Positions 9,700 through 18,225 of a DNA stretch of 64,000 nucleotides are shown here, one piece after another. Within the stretch, counting starts at the first letter, position 1. Each line of letters opens with the position of its first letter. The translations under genes were made by a program, and so were the position numbers. Below the pieces are notes generated by a model. That model was given only the letters and a program-made list of their open reading frames with translations, ran no database searches and was not told the origin of the DNA. The stretch lies in the NCBI GenBank assembly GCA_963708085.1, contig OY970180.1, positions 792,565 to 856,564 of the forward strand, read 5' to 3'. This DNA is from an uncultured Actinomycetota bacterium (GTDB taxonomy: Bacteria; Actinomycetota; Thermoleophilia; Solirubrobacterales; Solirubrobacteraceae).

Positions 9700-10524
9700 C
9701 TAAGTCTGCGCGTCCATCGCCAGCGCGCTAGCGCCGGTCGTGCTGTGCGCTGCTTGCGCAGGCTCAGCGAGCACATGCACGGCCGCCGGAGCTGGCGCTG
9801 AGCGCACGACGCGAGAGCGCATCCACAGCAGCAGGCAGATGGCGATCAGTGCCATCTCGGCGAGCACGATCGCGCCGGCGATCCCCTGGTCGGCCAGCGG
9901 CGAGGTCGAGGAGGCCGTGTCGCTGCGTAGGAAGTAGGGGTAGTAGACGTCTGGCGACCAGATGCCGACGCAAGCGAGCGCGATGCCTGCGGCCCGGCCG
10001 ATCACGACGTAGGCGATGCTGTTGCGCGCGCTCATCTGCGGCCGCGGGCCGGCAATGCCGCGCAGCAGCGCCGACCACATGTTCAGGCCGGTCGCGACCA
10101 GGAGCACCTCCTGCAGCAGCGTCAGCGAGTCGTGGCGCATGGTTGTCTCGAAGATGCTCGGCCACTGCCACACCAGCAGGTTGGCGAGCCAAAGCGTCAG
10201 CGCGACCGGCGCGCGGGTCAGCGGCGCTAGGAGCCGCAGCGGGGTCCGCGCTAGCGGCGCGAGGATCGACCGGGTCAGGCCAATCGCGATCAGCAGGCAG
10301 GTGAGGTCTCCGATCAGGAGGTGCTGGACGGTGCGCCAGTAGAGCAGTTCTCTGCCGGGCGAGGCGAGCACCACCATGCTCCCAAGCAGCGACACCAGGC
10401 CGACAGCGGTGCAAAGCAGCCGCGATCTTGGGACGGGCTGGCCGATCCTGGCGAGATGCAGAGCGCGGCTGCCGTAGGCGAGCGCCATCAGCGCCACCAA
10501 GGCGATCTCTGCGGCGATCAGCAT
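9700..10524 (-). CDS. Cytochrome c oxidase assembly factor CtaG-like membrane protein (Caa3_CtaG family)
   Basis: A polytopic protein of about 7 TM helices with a VQHLLIGDL-type motif. Layout is typical of Bacillus-type CtaG. Assignment is by pattern only. Confidence 0.6.
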   Translation of the reverse strand: MLIAAEIALVALMALAYGSRALHLARIGQPVPRSRLLCTAVGLVSLLGSMVVLASPGRELLYWRTVQHLLIGDLTCLLIAIGLTRSILAPLARTPLRLLAPLTRAPVALTLWLANLLVWQWPSIFETTMRHDSLTLLQEVLLVATGLNMWSALLRGIAGPRPQMSARNSIAYVVIGRAAGIALACVGIWSPDVYYPYFLRSDTASSTSPLADQGIAGAIVLAEMALIAICLLLWMRSRVVRSAPAPAAVHVLAEPAQAAHSTTGASALAMDAQT

Positions 10525-10708
10525 CTGCTCAGCCTACGCGCTGCAAGGCGAAAGTGGCGCGGCAGAGCGCTGTCGCGACCGCTCGGACGCCGACACGAAA
10601 GGGGATTTCTTCGAGCAAATGGCGCGCTTTTCGGGCTGCTCGCTGGTGGGTTCGATATCGTCTGGGCTAGCCGAGTCCTGCTATCAACCCCCTGGAGGTT
10701 CTCTCATC

Positions 10709-12442
10709 TTGAAGGTGATCGGCGCCGGATTCGGTCGCACGGGCACGATGTCGCTCAAGGTCGCGCTGGACGAGCTCGGTGTCGGGCCTTGTCTGCATGC
10801 GATGGAGTCGCTGCGTGGCGAGCGGACCGCTGCGGGCGCCATGCACTGGGACAGGGTCGCAAACGGCGAGCCGATTGACTGGCAGCAGAGCTTCACCGGA
10901 TGGGGCTCCACGGTCGATTGGCTGGGCGCGCGCTTTTACCCGGAGATGCTGCAGGAGTGGCCGCAGGCGAAGGTGATCCTCAGCGTCAGGGACCCTGAGG
11001 AGTGGTATGAGAGCTGCGACGTGAGTCTGCACGCCACCAGCGGGCTGCAACCGCCGCGCGTGAGCGCCGCCGCCGCGCCGATGCTGAAGGCCGTCGACAC
11101 CGCGATCTGGCAGGGAATCTTCGACGGGCGGTTCGGCGAGCGCGACTATGCGCTGGAGGTCTTCGAGCGCCACCGGCTCCAGGTCGCCGGCACCGTGCCG
11201 CCGGAGCGGCTTCTGATCTATGACATCCGCGAAGGCTGGGAGCCGCTGTGCGAGTTCCTCGGCGTACCCGTGCCGCAGACGCCGTTTCCGCACCTCAACG
11301 GCAGGGAGGCGTTCTGGACGCGCTTCGGCATGACGCCGACGGCGGCGCCGGCGCGGTCGCTGCGAGGGCAAGGTCTGCCAACGGGATTGCCGGCAACGTC
11401 GCAGCCGCCGCTGCCCTCGCGCATCCTGGGCCTGGCTACCGCAGACCCAGAGGTCACGCTCGACCAGCAGCAGATGCTCGATCTGCTCGGCCTCTCCGAC
11501 GATCCGTTTGCGCAGCGCATCTTCGGTCGCTGCGGCGTCAAGCAACGGCGCATGCATCTGAGCGCCGAGATGCTGGAAAAGCCGCTGCAGGGCCGCACGG
11601 CAGAGGTCGAGGAGTTTCTGCTCGCAAGCGCCGTGGAGGCGGTGGAGAAGCTCGACGTGGACCTTGGCCAGATCGGCACGGTGATCTCCTCGAGCCTTTA
11701 TTCGCTGGGATGCCCGCCGCTCGCGCACCAACTGATCGAGCACTTCGATCTCGACCCCGGGATCGACAAGTACCACCTCGTCGGCGTGGGCTGCTCCAGC
11801 GCGGTACCGCTGATCCGGCTGGCGCAGCGCCAGCTGCCCGAGCATCCCGACAAGCTTTGCCTGGTCGTCGGCGCGGAGAGCATGTCGGGGCTGCTGATGG
11901 GCGCCACCGAGGGCGACCCGCGCAGCAAGACCGTGGGCTCATCGATCTTCGGCGACGGCTGCGGCGCGATGCTGATCGGTGCCTGCGGACCGGAGGATCC
12001 GAGCGTCGCTCCGTCGATTCTCGCCTCCAAGGTGCACCAGGTTCCGGACAGCCTTGGAGCCGTGTGCATGAAGTTGGATGTGCACGACAGCTATCTGCAC
12101 CTCGTCCGCGAGCTGCCCGACATCGCCGCCGAACACCTAGGCGGGCTGGTCGAGAACTTCCTCGCCTCCAGTGGCATGACCGCACACATGGTCGACCACT
12201 GGATGCTGCACCCGGGCGGCAGGCGCATCATCGATTGCGCACGGGAAGCGCTGAACCTGCCCTACGAGGCGGTTGAGGTCAGCTATCAGTTGCTGGCCGA
12301 GCACGGCAACGTCGGCACGCCGTCGATCTTCTACGTGATCGAGCGCACGATCGCCCAGCGTCAGCCGCGCCGTGGCGAGCACGGCCTGGCGATCACGATC
12401 GGGCCCGGCGTCAGCGTCGGATTGATGCTGCTGCGCTGGTGA
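10709..12442 (+). CDS. Fusion protein: N-terminal PAPS-type sulfotransferase domain + C-terminal type III polyketide synthase
   Basis: N-terminal part: GAGFGRTGTMSL (5'-PSB-like P-loop), AKVILSVRDPEEWYES, and LIYDIREGWEPLCEFLGVPVP (Sulfotransfer_4-like). After a Pro-rich linker comes a chalcone-synthase-like part with an intact Cys-His-Asn triad (VGVGCSSAV; LHPGGRRII; EHGNVGTPS) and GPGVSVG near the C terminus. Start set at TTG 10709, 11 nt after GGAGG. The ATG at 10619 is an alternative. Confidence 0.8.
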   Translation: MKVIGAGFGRTGTMSLKVALDELGVGPCLHAMESLRGERTAAGAMHWDRVANGEPIDWQQSFTGWGSTVDWLGARFYPEMLQEWPQAKVILSVRDPEEWYESCDVSLHATSGLQPPRVSAAAAPMLKAVDTAIWQGIFDGRFGERDYALEVFERHRLQVAGTVPPERLLIYDIREGWEPLCEFLGVPVPQTPFPHLNGREAFWTRFGMTPTAAPARSLRGQGLPTGLPATSQPPLPSRILGLATADPEVTLDQQQMLDLLGLSDDPFAQRIFGRCGVKQRRMHLSAEMLEKPLQGRTAEVEEFLLASAVEAVEKLDVDLGQIGTVISSSLYSLGCPPLAHQLIEHFDLDPGIDKYHLVGVGCSSAVPLIRLAQRQLPEHPDKLCLVVGAESMSGLLMGATEGDPRSKTVGSSIFGDGCGAMLIGACGPEDPSVAPSILASKVHQVPDSLGAVCMKLDVHDSYLHLVRELPDIAAEHLGGLVENFLASSGMTAHMVDHWMLHPGGRRIIDCAREALNLPYEAVEVSYQLLAEHGNVGTPSIFYVIERTIAQRQPRRGEHGLAITIGPGVSVGLMLLRW

Positions 12443-13316
12443 AGCCGGGGACCGGCGGCCCCTGCGGCTGCTGCGGAGATTCCGATCCGCCTTGCACGCC
12501 TTCGCCTTCAAGCTGTCCCCATGTCACCGTGAACGCGTTGCCCGCGGCCGACAGCGGTGAGGCGATCCCACTGGCGGGCGTGACTGACGCCGCGTAGCGT
12601 CGTCCCGGCCCCTGGGAGTAGTCGCGCAGTTCCAGGCGCGTCACCTTCAGCGAGCGCGCGTCGATCGCGCTGGTCTGCGACTGCGAGCTGCTGACGGAGG
12701 CATTGGAGAACGAGACGGTGCCGAAGTTCGTCAGCGGCAGCGGCGTGCAGTGGGTGCTCGTAAAGCAGAGCGAGGGCGCCTCCACGATCCACTCCGCCGA
12801 GGAGAGGTCCGGAGCCGAGGTCGTGCGGACAGCCGTCTTTGCAGTATGCGCGGTGAGGTCACGTACCGTGAGGATCGTCTGATCGGCCTTCTGCGCGACC
12901 GACGCAGCGATCGTGTCGCCGGGATGCACCGCCAGCTTCATCGTCACTGGGGCGGCGGGCACGAGCTCGAACCAGGCCGAGTAGACCGCGCGCCCGGAGG
13001 TCGTGCAGTCCACTGCGGTGCCCGTCTGCTCAAGCGCTTTGGAGCCCTGGTTGAAGCCGCCGAGGCCCACCCAGGTCACCGAGTAGGTTTCCTGGCCCTG
13101 GACGCACTGTCCGGCCGGTTGTGCCCAGGTGCCCGCGACGCGGTGCAAGAGAGCCGACTTGGAGGCGCCGGTCACGGCGTAGCCGGCCCAGTTGGCGCTG
13201 ACCGCTGTGCTCTCGGCGGCCACCGCCTGGGTCGGGGCGATAGCCGCGGTTATGCCGGGGATGCCGGCGGCCAGAAACCCCAGGAGGGCGAGGCGCTTGG
13301 CGGCTACGGGGGTCAT
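12411..13316 (-). CDS. Secreted G1-family (eqolisin/scytalidoglutamic) peptidase
   Basis: Signal peptide (LALLGFLAAGIPGITAAIAPTQAVAA). SANWAGYAV, TWVGLGG and AEWIVEAP (catalytic Glu context) motifs. The 3' end overlaps the convergent PKS gene by 32 nt. Confidence 0.7.
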   Translation of the reverse strand: MTPVAAKRLALLGFLAAGIPGITAAIAPTQAVAAESTAVSANWAGYAVTGASKSALLHRVAGTWAQPAGQCVQGQETYSVTWVGLGGFNQGSKALEQTGTAVDCTTSGRAVYSAWFELVPAAPVTMKLAVHPGDTIAASVAQKADQTILTVRDLTAHTAKTAVRTTSAPDLSSAEWIVEAPSLCFTSTHCTPLPLTNFGTVSFSNASVSSSQSQTSAIDARSLKVTRLELRDYSQGPGRRYAASVTPASGIASPLSAAGNAFTVTWGQLEGEGVQGGSESPQQPQGPPVPGFTSAAASIRR

Positions 13317-13662
13317 GAGAACAGTTGTCGGCAGGATTGATCGGTGGCAAAAGCGTTGCGTTTGAGCCTTAAGCGATGGTTAGAGCCCGGTGAGACGAGG
13401 ATAGGAATCGTGGGCAGGGCGCATTGCGGGCTTCGCCGCTGTCCTTTCGCGAGATCTCCGCAATTCCTGCTGCATGGAGCATGGAATGTGCCTGTCCGAC
13501 CGGGAGCTCTTGCGGGATCCTGCGGCCCCGTATTCGGCTCAGTTCCTGGTCCCAGTTTGGGTCGATCTGGCCGGTTACCTTCTAGAGCCTCTTGCCGGCC
13601 TCGCCGAGTACTCAGCCGGCTTGCCCCATGAGGCCGAGCCGACGGTCATCAAGCGATGCCAG

Positions 13663-13735
13663 CGCGCCCGGCGTGATTCGAACACGCGACCTTCCGCTCC
13701 GGAGGCGGACGCTCTATCCACTGAGCTACGGGCGC
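13663..13735 (-). tRNA. tRNA-Arg (anticodon CCG)
   Basis: Minus strand reads GCGCCCG-TA-GCTC-AGTGGATA-GAGC-G-TCCGC-CTCCGGA-GCGGA-AGGTC-GCGTG-TTCGAAT-CACGC-CGGGCGC-G. This is a complete 73-nt cloverleaf. CCA is not encoded. Confidence 0.93.
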
Positions 13736-13819
13736 AACGGCGCCGCGCGGGCGCCTGGAAGGGAGCTTAGCGGCGCACCGGCCGGCTGTGGGTGCCGTGC
13801 CGTCGCTACCGTTGCGGCC

Positions 13820-14782
13820 ATGGACATGTCGCTTGTCTTCATCGGCACGGGCGCCTCGACGCCGAGCGCGCGGCGGGGCCTGCCATCGCTGCTGGTTCGG
13901 CGCGGCGGCGAGCACCTGCTCTTCGACTGCGGTGAGGGCACGCAGCGCCAGTTGGTGCGCTCGGTCGGGCTGCCGGACATCGATGCGATCTTCATCACGC
14001 ACTTCCACGCTGACCACTGGCTGGGGCTGCCGGGGATGTTGAAGTCCTTCGCGCTGCGCGAACGGGAGGCGCCGCTTGAGATCTACGGGCCGCCGGGCCT
14101 GCAGGACCTGATGGGCGCCGTGAAGTTCATCTACGGCCGACTGCCTTACAAGATGAGCATCGAGGAGCTCGGGCCGATGGAGGCGGTGCGGCGCGCGGGC
14201 TACACAGTCGGCAGCGTGCCAGTGCGCCACCGGGTCAACGTCGCCTACGGCTACGTGCTGGTTGAGGATTCGCGGCCGGGCCATCTGGACGCTGAGCTGG
14301 CGGCGAGTCTCGGCGTGACGCCGGGACCGGACTTCGGGCGTCTGCAGCGCGGCGAGACGGTCGCGGGCGTGAGCCCGGAGCAGGTAATGGGGCCCACGCG
14401 CGAGGGTCGCAAGCTTGCGATCACCGGCGACACGGCCCCGTGTGAGGCGGTGCAGGTCGCCGCTCACAAGGCCGACCTGCTCGTGCACGAGGCGACCTTC
14501 GCCGACGAGGAGACTGCGCGCGCGAGAGAGACCCAGCACTCGACGGCCAGGCAAGCAGCCGAGATCGCACGCGCCGCGGAAGTGCGGTTGCTCGCGCTCA
14601 CACACATCTCGACGCGGTACGCGGGCGGCGAGCTGCGAGACCAGGGACGCGAGGTCTTTCCCGAGACCGAGGTACCGCGCGACTTCGATGCGATCGAACT
14701 GCCGTTTCCCGAGCGCGGCGCGCCCAAGCTGGTGCGCTGGCGCTCTGACTCTGCGCCGCCTGCGGCCGTCGGGGCCGCTTGA
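13820..14782 (+). CDS. rnz: Ribonuclease Z (tRNA 3' endonuclease, metallo-beta-lactamase fold)
   Basis: LVFIGTGASTPS...LLFDCGEGTQRQL...ITHFHADHWLGLPG...LVHEATF...THIS motifs. The ORF-track start at 13592 would run through the tRNA, so the start is set at ATG 13820. Confidence 0.88.
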   Translation: MDMSLVFIGTGASTPSARRGLPSLLVRRGGEHLLFDCGEGTQRQLVRSVGLPDIDAIFITHFHADHWLGLPGMLKSFALREREAPLEIYGPPGLQDLMGAVKFIYGRLPYKMSIEELGPMEAVRRAGYTVGSVPVRHRVNVAYGYVLVEDSRPGHLDAELAASLGVTPGPDFGRLQRGETVAGVSPEQVMGPTREGRKLAITGDTAPCEAVQVAAHKADLLVHEATFADEETARARETQHSTARQAAEIARAAEVRLLALTHISTRYAGGELRDQGREVFPETEVPRDFDAIELPFPERGAPKLVRWRSDSAPPAAVGAA

Positions 14783-14794
14783 TACAGTCGAGAC

Positions 14795-14830
14795 GTCCTT
14801 TAACCCGGTCCGGTGAGGCCAGGAAGGAAG
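14795..14830 (+). promoter_or_regulatory. Candidate PyrR-binding RNA hairpin overlapping the pyrR ribosome-binding site
   Basis: GTCCTTTAACCCGGTCCGGTGAGGCCAGGAAGGAAG. It resembles the PyrR binding-loop consensus (UCCUUUAA...GUCC.G.GAGGC). UCCUU can pair with AAGGA of the SD immediately before ATG 14834. Confidence 0.55.
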
Positions 14831-14833
14831 TCG

Positions 14834-15388
14834 ATGCAAGACGAGAAGGTGGTCCTCCAAGAGGAGGGCATGGGGCGGTCGCTGGCGCGAATCGCCCATG
14901 AGATCGCAGAGCGCAACCCCGAGCCCGCAGCGCTCGCCCTTCTCGGCATTCACACTCGCGGAGCGATCCTGGCGCGCAGGCTGAAGGCGCTGCTGGATGA
15001 GCTGCTGCCCGTCGAGGTGCCCTTCGGGGATTTGGATATCGGCTTCTACCGCGACGACGTAGCGCAGCGGCTGCAGAGCCCGGTGCTGCACTCCTCGCAC
15101 ATCGACTTCGACGTCACCGGCCGCACGGTCGTGATCGTTGACGACGTGCTCTACACCGGGCGCACTGTGCGGTCCGCGATCGAGGCGCTCTTCGACTACG
15201 GCCGCCCCGACCGCGTGCAGCTGGCGGTGCTGGCCGACCGCGGCCACCGGGAGCTGCCGATCCGGCCCGACTACGTGGGCAAGAACCTGCCGACCTCGCG
15301 CGCCGAGCACGTGCGTGTACGCGTTCGTGAGATCGATGGCGTCGACGAGGTCGCGATCGAGCAGGCCGGCGTGGGGGTGGGGGCGTGA
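14834..15388 (+). CDS. pyrR: Bifunctional pyr operon regulator / uracil phosphoribosyltransferase PyrR
   Basis: PRPP-binding motif VVIVDDVLYTGRTVRSA. The N terminus (LARIAHEIAERN) is typical of PyrR. It is the first gene of the pyr cluster. Confidence 0.9.
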   Translation: MQDEKVVLQEEGMGRSLARIAHEIAERNPEPAALALLGIHTRGAILARRLKALLDELLPVEVPFGDLDIGFYRDDVAQRLQSPVLHSSHIDFDVTGRTVVIVDDVLYTGRTVRSAIEALFDYGRPDRVQLAVLADRGHRELPIRPDYVGKNLPTSRAEHVRVRVREIDGVDEVAIEQAGVGVGA

Positions 15389-16332
15389 ACCACCTGCTCT
15401 CCGTCGAGGAACTGGACCGGGCCGCGATCGAGCGGATCGTGACCAGGGCCGAACGGTTCGCGGAGATCGCCGACCGCGAGATCAAGAAGGTGCCGACGCT
15501 GCGCGGGCGGATGGTGCTCAACCTCTTCTATGAGTCATCCACGCGCACGCGGTCGAGCTTTGAGCTGGCGGCCAAGCGGCTCTCGGCCGACGTTGTGAAC
15601 TTCTCCGCAGGCGGAAGCAGCGTCGAGAAGGGGGAGTCGCTGAAGGACACCGTGCTCACCCTCTCCGCCCACAAGCCGGACGTGATCGTGATCCGCACGC
15701 CATGGGTGGGCGCGGCGGAGCTCGTCTCGCGCTGGTGCAGCGCGGCGATCGTCAATGCCGGTGACGGCAAGCACGAGCACCCCACCCAGGCGCTGCTGGA
15801 CGTCTACACGCTGCGCCGCCGGGTCGGCTCGCTCGACGGGCTCTCGATCTGGATCGTGGGCGACGTTGCACACTCGCGAGTGGCGCGCTCGAATATCCTC
15901 GCGCTGCAGAAGATGGGGGCGAAGGTGACAGTCGCCGGCCCGCCGACGCTGATCCCGCGCCAGATCGAGGCGCTCGGCTGCGAGGTGCGCTATACGCTGG
16001 ATGAGATCTCTGGCGCTGACGTCGTCTACGCACTGCGGATGCAGCGCGAGCGCATGACGGAGGCGTGGGTGCCCTCGCTGCGCGAGTACGCCGCCTGGTA
16101 TCAGATCAACGGCCGGCGCCTGCGGCCGCGCCAGCTGCTGATGCATCCCGGCCCGGTCAACCGCGGCGTCGAGCTCTCGGGCGAGGTCGTCGACTCGCCC
16201 CAGTCGCTGATCTCCGCGCAGGTAGAGGCGGGCGTCGTCGTCAGGATGGCGGTCCTCTACGAGCTGCTCAGCGGCTCGCACTTGCCCTCGCCGAGCCTGC
16301 TGCATCCTTCCACTGCACCCCAGCCCGCCTGA
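15385..16332 (+). CDS. pyrB: Aspartate carbamoyltransferase catalytic subunit
   Basis: FYESSTRTRSSFE, HPTQALLD and MHPGPVNRG signature motifs. The GTG start overlaps the pyrR stop. Confidence 0.95.
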   Translation: MNHLLSVEELDRAAIERIVTRAERFAEIADREIKKVPTLRGRMVLNLFYESSTRTRSSFELAAKRLSADVVNFSAGGSSVEKGESLKDTVLTLSAHKPDVIVIRTPWVGAAELVSRWCSAAIVNAGDGKHEHPTQALLDVYTLRRRVGSLDGLSIWIVGDVAHSRVARSNILALQKMGAKVTVAGPPTLIPRQIEALGCEVRYTLDEISGADVVYALRMQRERMTEAWVPSLREYAAWYQINGRRLRPRQLLMHPGPVNRGVELSGEVVDSPQSLISAQVEAGVVVRMAVLYELLSGSHLPSPSLLHPSTAPQPA

Positions 16333-17678
16333 TGAGCGCACTCACCCTGGTGCGGCGCGAGCAGCCGCGAGCAGACCTGCTGATCCGCGACGTGCACGTC
16401 TTCGACCCGCGTGAGCGGATCGACGCGCGGCTTGACCTGCGGGTGCGCGACGGGGAGATCGCCGAGCTGGGAGAGGCCGGCACGCTGAGCCATGAGGGCG
16501 ACGCGCCGGCCGAGACGATCGACGGCGGCGCCGCGACGCTGCTGCCCGCCTTTTTCGACCCGCACGTGCACCTGCGCACACCCGGCCAGGAGCACAAGGA
16601 GGACCTCGAGACCGGCACCCGCGCTGCGGCCGCGGGCGGCTTCTGCGGCGTGATCGCGATGCCTAATACCGACCCCGTGATCGACTCGGCGCCGCTGCTG
16701 CGCTCGCTGCGCGACGCCGCGCTGCACGAGGCGCGCGTGCCGGTCGGCTTCATGGCCACGATCACTCGCAGGATGGAAGGCCAGGAGCTCAGCGAGATGG
16801 CCTCCCTGCGCCAGGAGGGCGCGATCGGCTTCACCGACGACGGGCGGCCGGTCGCAAGCGCCGGAATGCTGCGCAAGGCGTTGCAATACCAGCGCCTGTG
16901 CGGCGGCGTGCTCGCGCTGCATGAGGAGGACCCATCGCTCTCAGCCGGCGGCAGCATGCGCGAGGGCCCCGTCTCCGCAGCGCTCGGGCTGACCGGCATC
17001 CCCAGCGTCAGCGAGTCGACGATGGTCGCGCGCGACGCCGAGCTCGCGCTCTATGAGCAGGGCAGGGTTCATTTCCAGCACCTCAGCGCAACAGCCTCCG
17101 TGGAAGCGGTCGCAGCCGCCAAGCAGCGCGGCGCGCTCATCAGCGCGGAGGCGAGCCCCCACCATCTGCTGCTGACCGAAGAGGAGCTGCACGGCCTCGA
17201 CACGCGGCTGAAGATGAACCCGCCGCTGGGCGACGAGCAGGACCGGCAGGCGATCATCGAGGGGTTGCGCAGCGGCGTGATCGACTGCGTTGCCACCGAC
17301 CACGCGCCGCATGCACGCGAAGAGAAGGAGGTGCCCTTCGAGCAGGCGCCGATGGGCACGACCGGCCTTGAGACCGCATTCCCCGCTCTCTACTCCATGC
17401 TCGTAAAGCCCGGCGTGCTGGACCTGGCCACGCTTGTGGAACGGATGACCGCCGGCGCGCAGCTGTTCGATATCCCGATCTCGCGGATCGCCGTCGGCGC
17501 GCCGGCGAACCTCACGCTGATCGACCTCAGTGCCGGCTGGGTGCCGGGCGAGCATGGCTGGGAGAGCCGCTCGGAGAACTGCTGCTTTGCCGGCAGGCGG
17601 CTGCAGGGCCGCGTGATAGTGACCGTCGCGGACGGCGTGATCGCCTACCGCCAGCGTGCGTTTACGGTGGTGGCTTAG
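16332..17678 (+). CDS. pyrC: Dihydroorotase
   Basis: FDPHVHLRTPG metal-binding block, ATDHAPH, and amidohydrolase layout. ATG 16332 overlaps the pyrB TGA. The upstream part of ORF 16065.. is an out-of-context extension. Confidence 0.92.
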   Translation: MSALTLVRREQPRADLLIRDVHVFDPRERIDARLDLRVRDGEIAELGEAGTLSHEGDAPAETIDGGAATLLPAFFDPHVHLRTPGQEHKEDLETGTRAAAAGGFCGVIAMPNTDPVIDSAPLLRSLRDAALHEARVPVGFMATITRRMEGQELSEMASLRQEGAIGFTDDGRPVASAGMLRKALQYQRLCGGVLALHEEDPSLSAGGSMREGPVSAALGLTGIPSVSESTMVARDAELALYEQGRVHFQHLSATASVEAVAAAKQRGALISAEASPHHLLLTEEELHGLDTRLKMNPPLGDEQDRQAIIEGLRSGVIDCVATDHAPHAREEKEVPFEQAPMGTTGLETAFPALYSMLVKPGVLDLATLVERMTAGAQLFDIPISRIAVGAPANLTLIDLSAGWVPGEHGWESRSENCCFAGRRLQGRVIVTVADGVIAYRQRAFTVVA

Positions 17679-17683
17679 TGGTC

Positions 17684-17709
17684 CGAATTCACAGGACGGA
17701 CCACTGATG
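17684..17709 (+). repeat. Copy B of the 26-nt stop-to-start intergenic module (CGAATTCACAGGACGGACCACTGATG)
   Basis: 25/26 identical to 2607..2632. It is embedded in a perfect 8-bp hairpin, GTGGTCCG(17678-85)/CGGACCAC(17697-704). The left arm starts in the pyrC TAG stop, and the 11-nt loop carries the AGGA SD. Confidence 0.8.
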
Positions 17710-18225
17710 CTCTCGCGTGAGCGCGCCGCGCTTGTGGTGATCGATGTCCAGCAGGGCTTCTCCTCCTATGAGAGCTTCGACCGGGTCGCCGCTGCGACCG
17801 GCAAGCTGCTGGCCGCCGCGCGAGTGCTGGAACTGCCGCGCGTGGTCACCGAGCAGTACCCGAAGGGGCTCGGGCGCACGGTGGCGAGCGTCGGCCTTAC
17901 GCAGGAGCAGCCGATCGAGAAGACGGTTTTCTCCGCCGTGCGCGCCGAGGGTTTTGACCTGCAGGGAGCCGATCAGGCGATCGTGTGTGGTATCGAGGCG
18001 CACGTGTGCGTCTCACAGACCGTGCTGGACCTGCTGCACCGCGGAGTGGAGGTGCACGTTCCCGCCGATGCGGTCGGCTCGCGCAACCAGATTGACTATG
18101 AGCGGGGCCTTATGCGCCTGGAGCGCGCCGGCGGGGTCGTCAGCACAGTCGAGACAGTGCTATTCGAGCTGCTGGAGCGTGCGGGTACGCCGGAGTTCAA
18201 GACGATCCAGAAGCTCATCATCTGA
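17707..18225 (+). CDS. Isochorismatase-family hydrolase (cysteine hydrolase superfamily)
   Basis: ALVVIDVQQGF...VVTEQYPKGLG...IVCGIEAHVCVSQTVLDL motifs. The gene is inserted between pyrC and carA. Confidence 0.8.
   Translation: MLSRERAALVVIDVQQGFSSYESFDRVAAATGKLLAAARVLELPRVVTEQYPKGLGRTVASVGLTQEQPIEKTVFSAVRAEGFDLQGADQAIVCGIEAHVCVSQTVLDLLHRGVEVHVPADAVGSRNQIDYERGLMRLERAGGVVSTVETVLFELLERAGTPEFKTIQKLII

Noticed and set aside
13317-13662. 345-bp apparently non-coding gap between the G1 peptidase start and tRNA-Arg, containing GGCCGG...CCGGCC hairpins and ORFs 13344..13631 and 13474..13770
   Set aside because: The ORFs have junk-like composition and one runs into the tRNA. I could not match the region to any RNA family by eye. 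It probably holds the divergent promoter region, so it is not reported as a feature.
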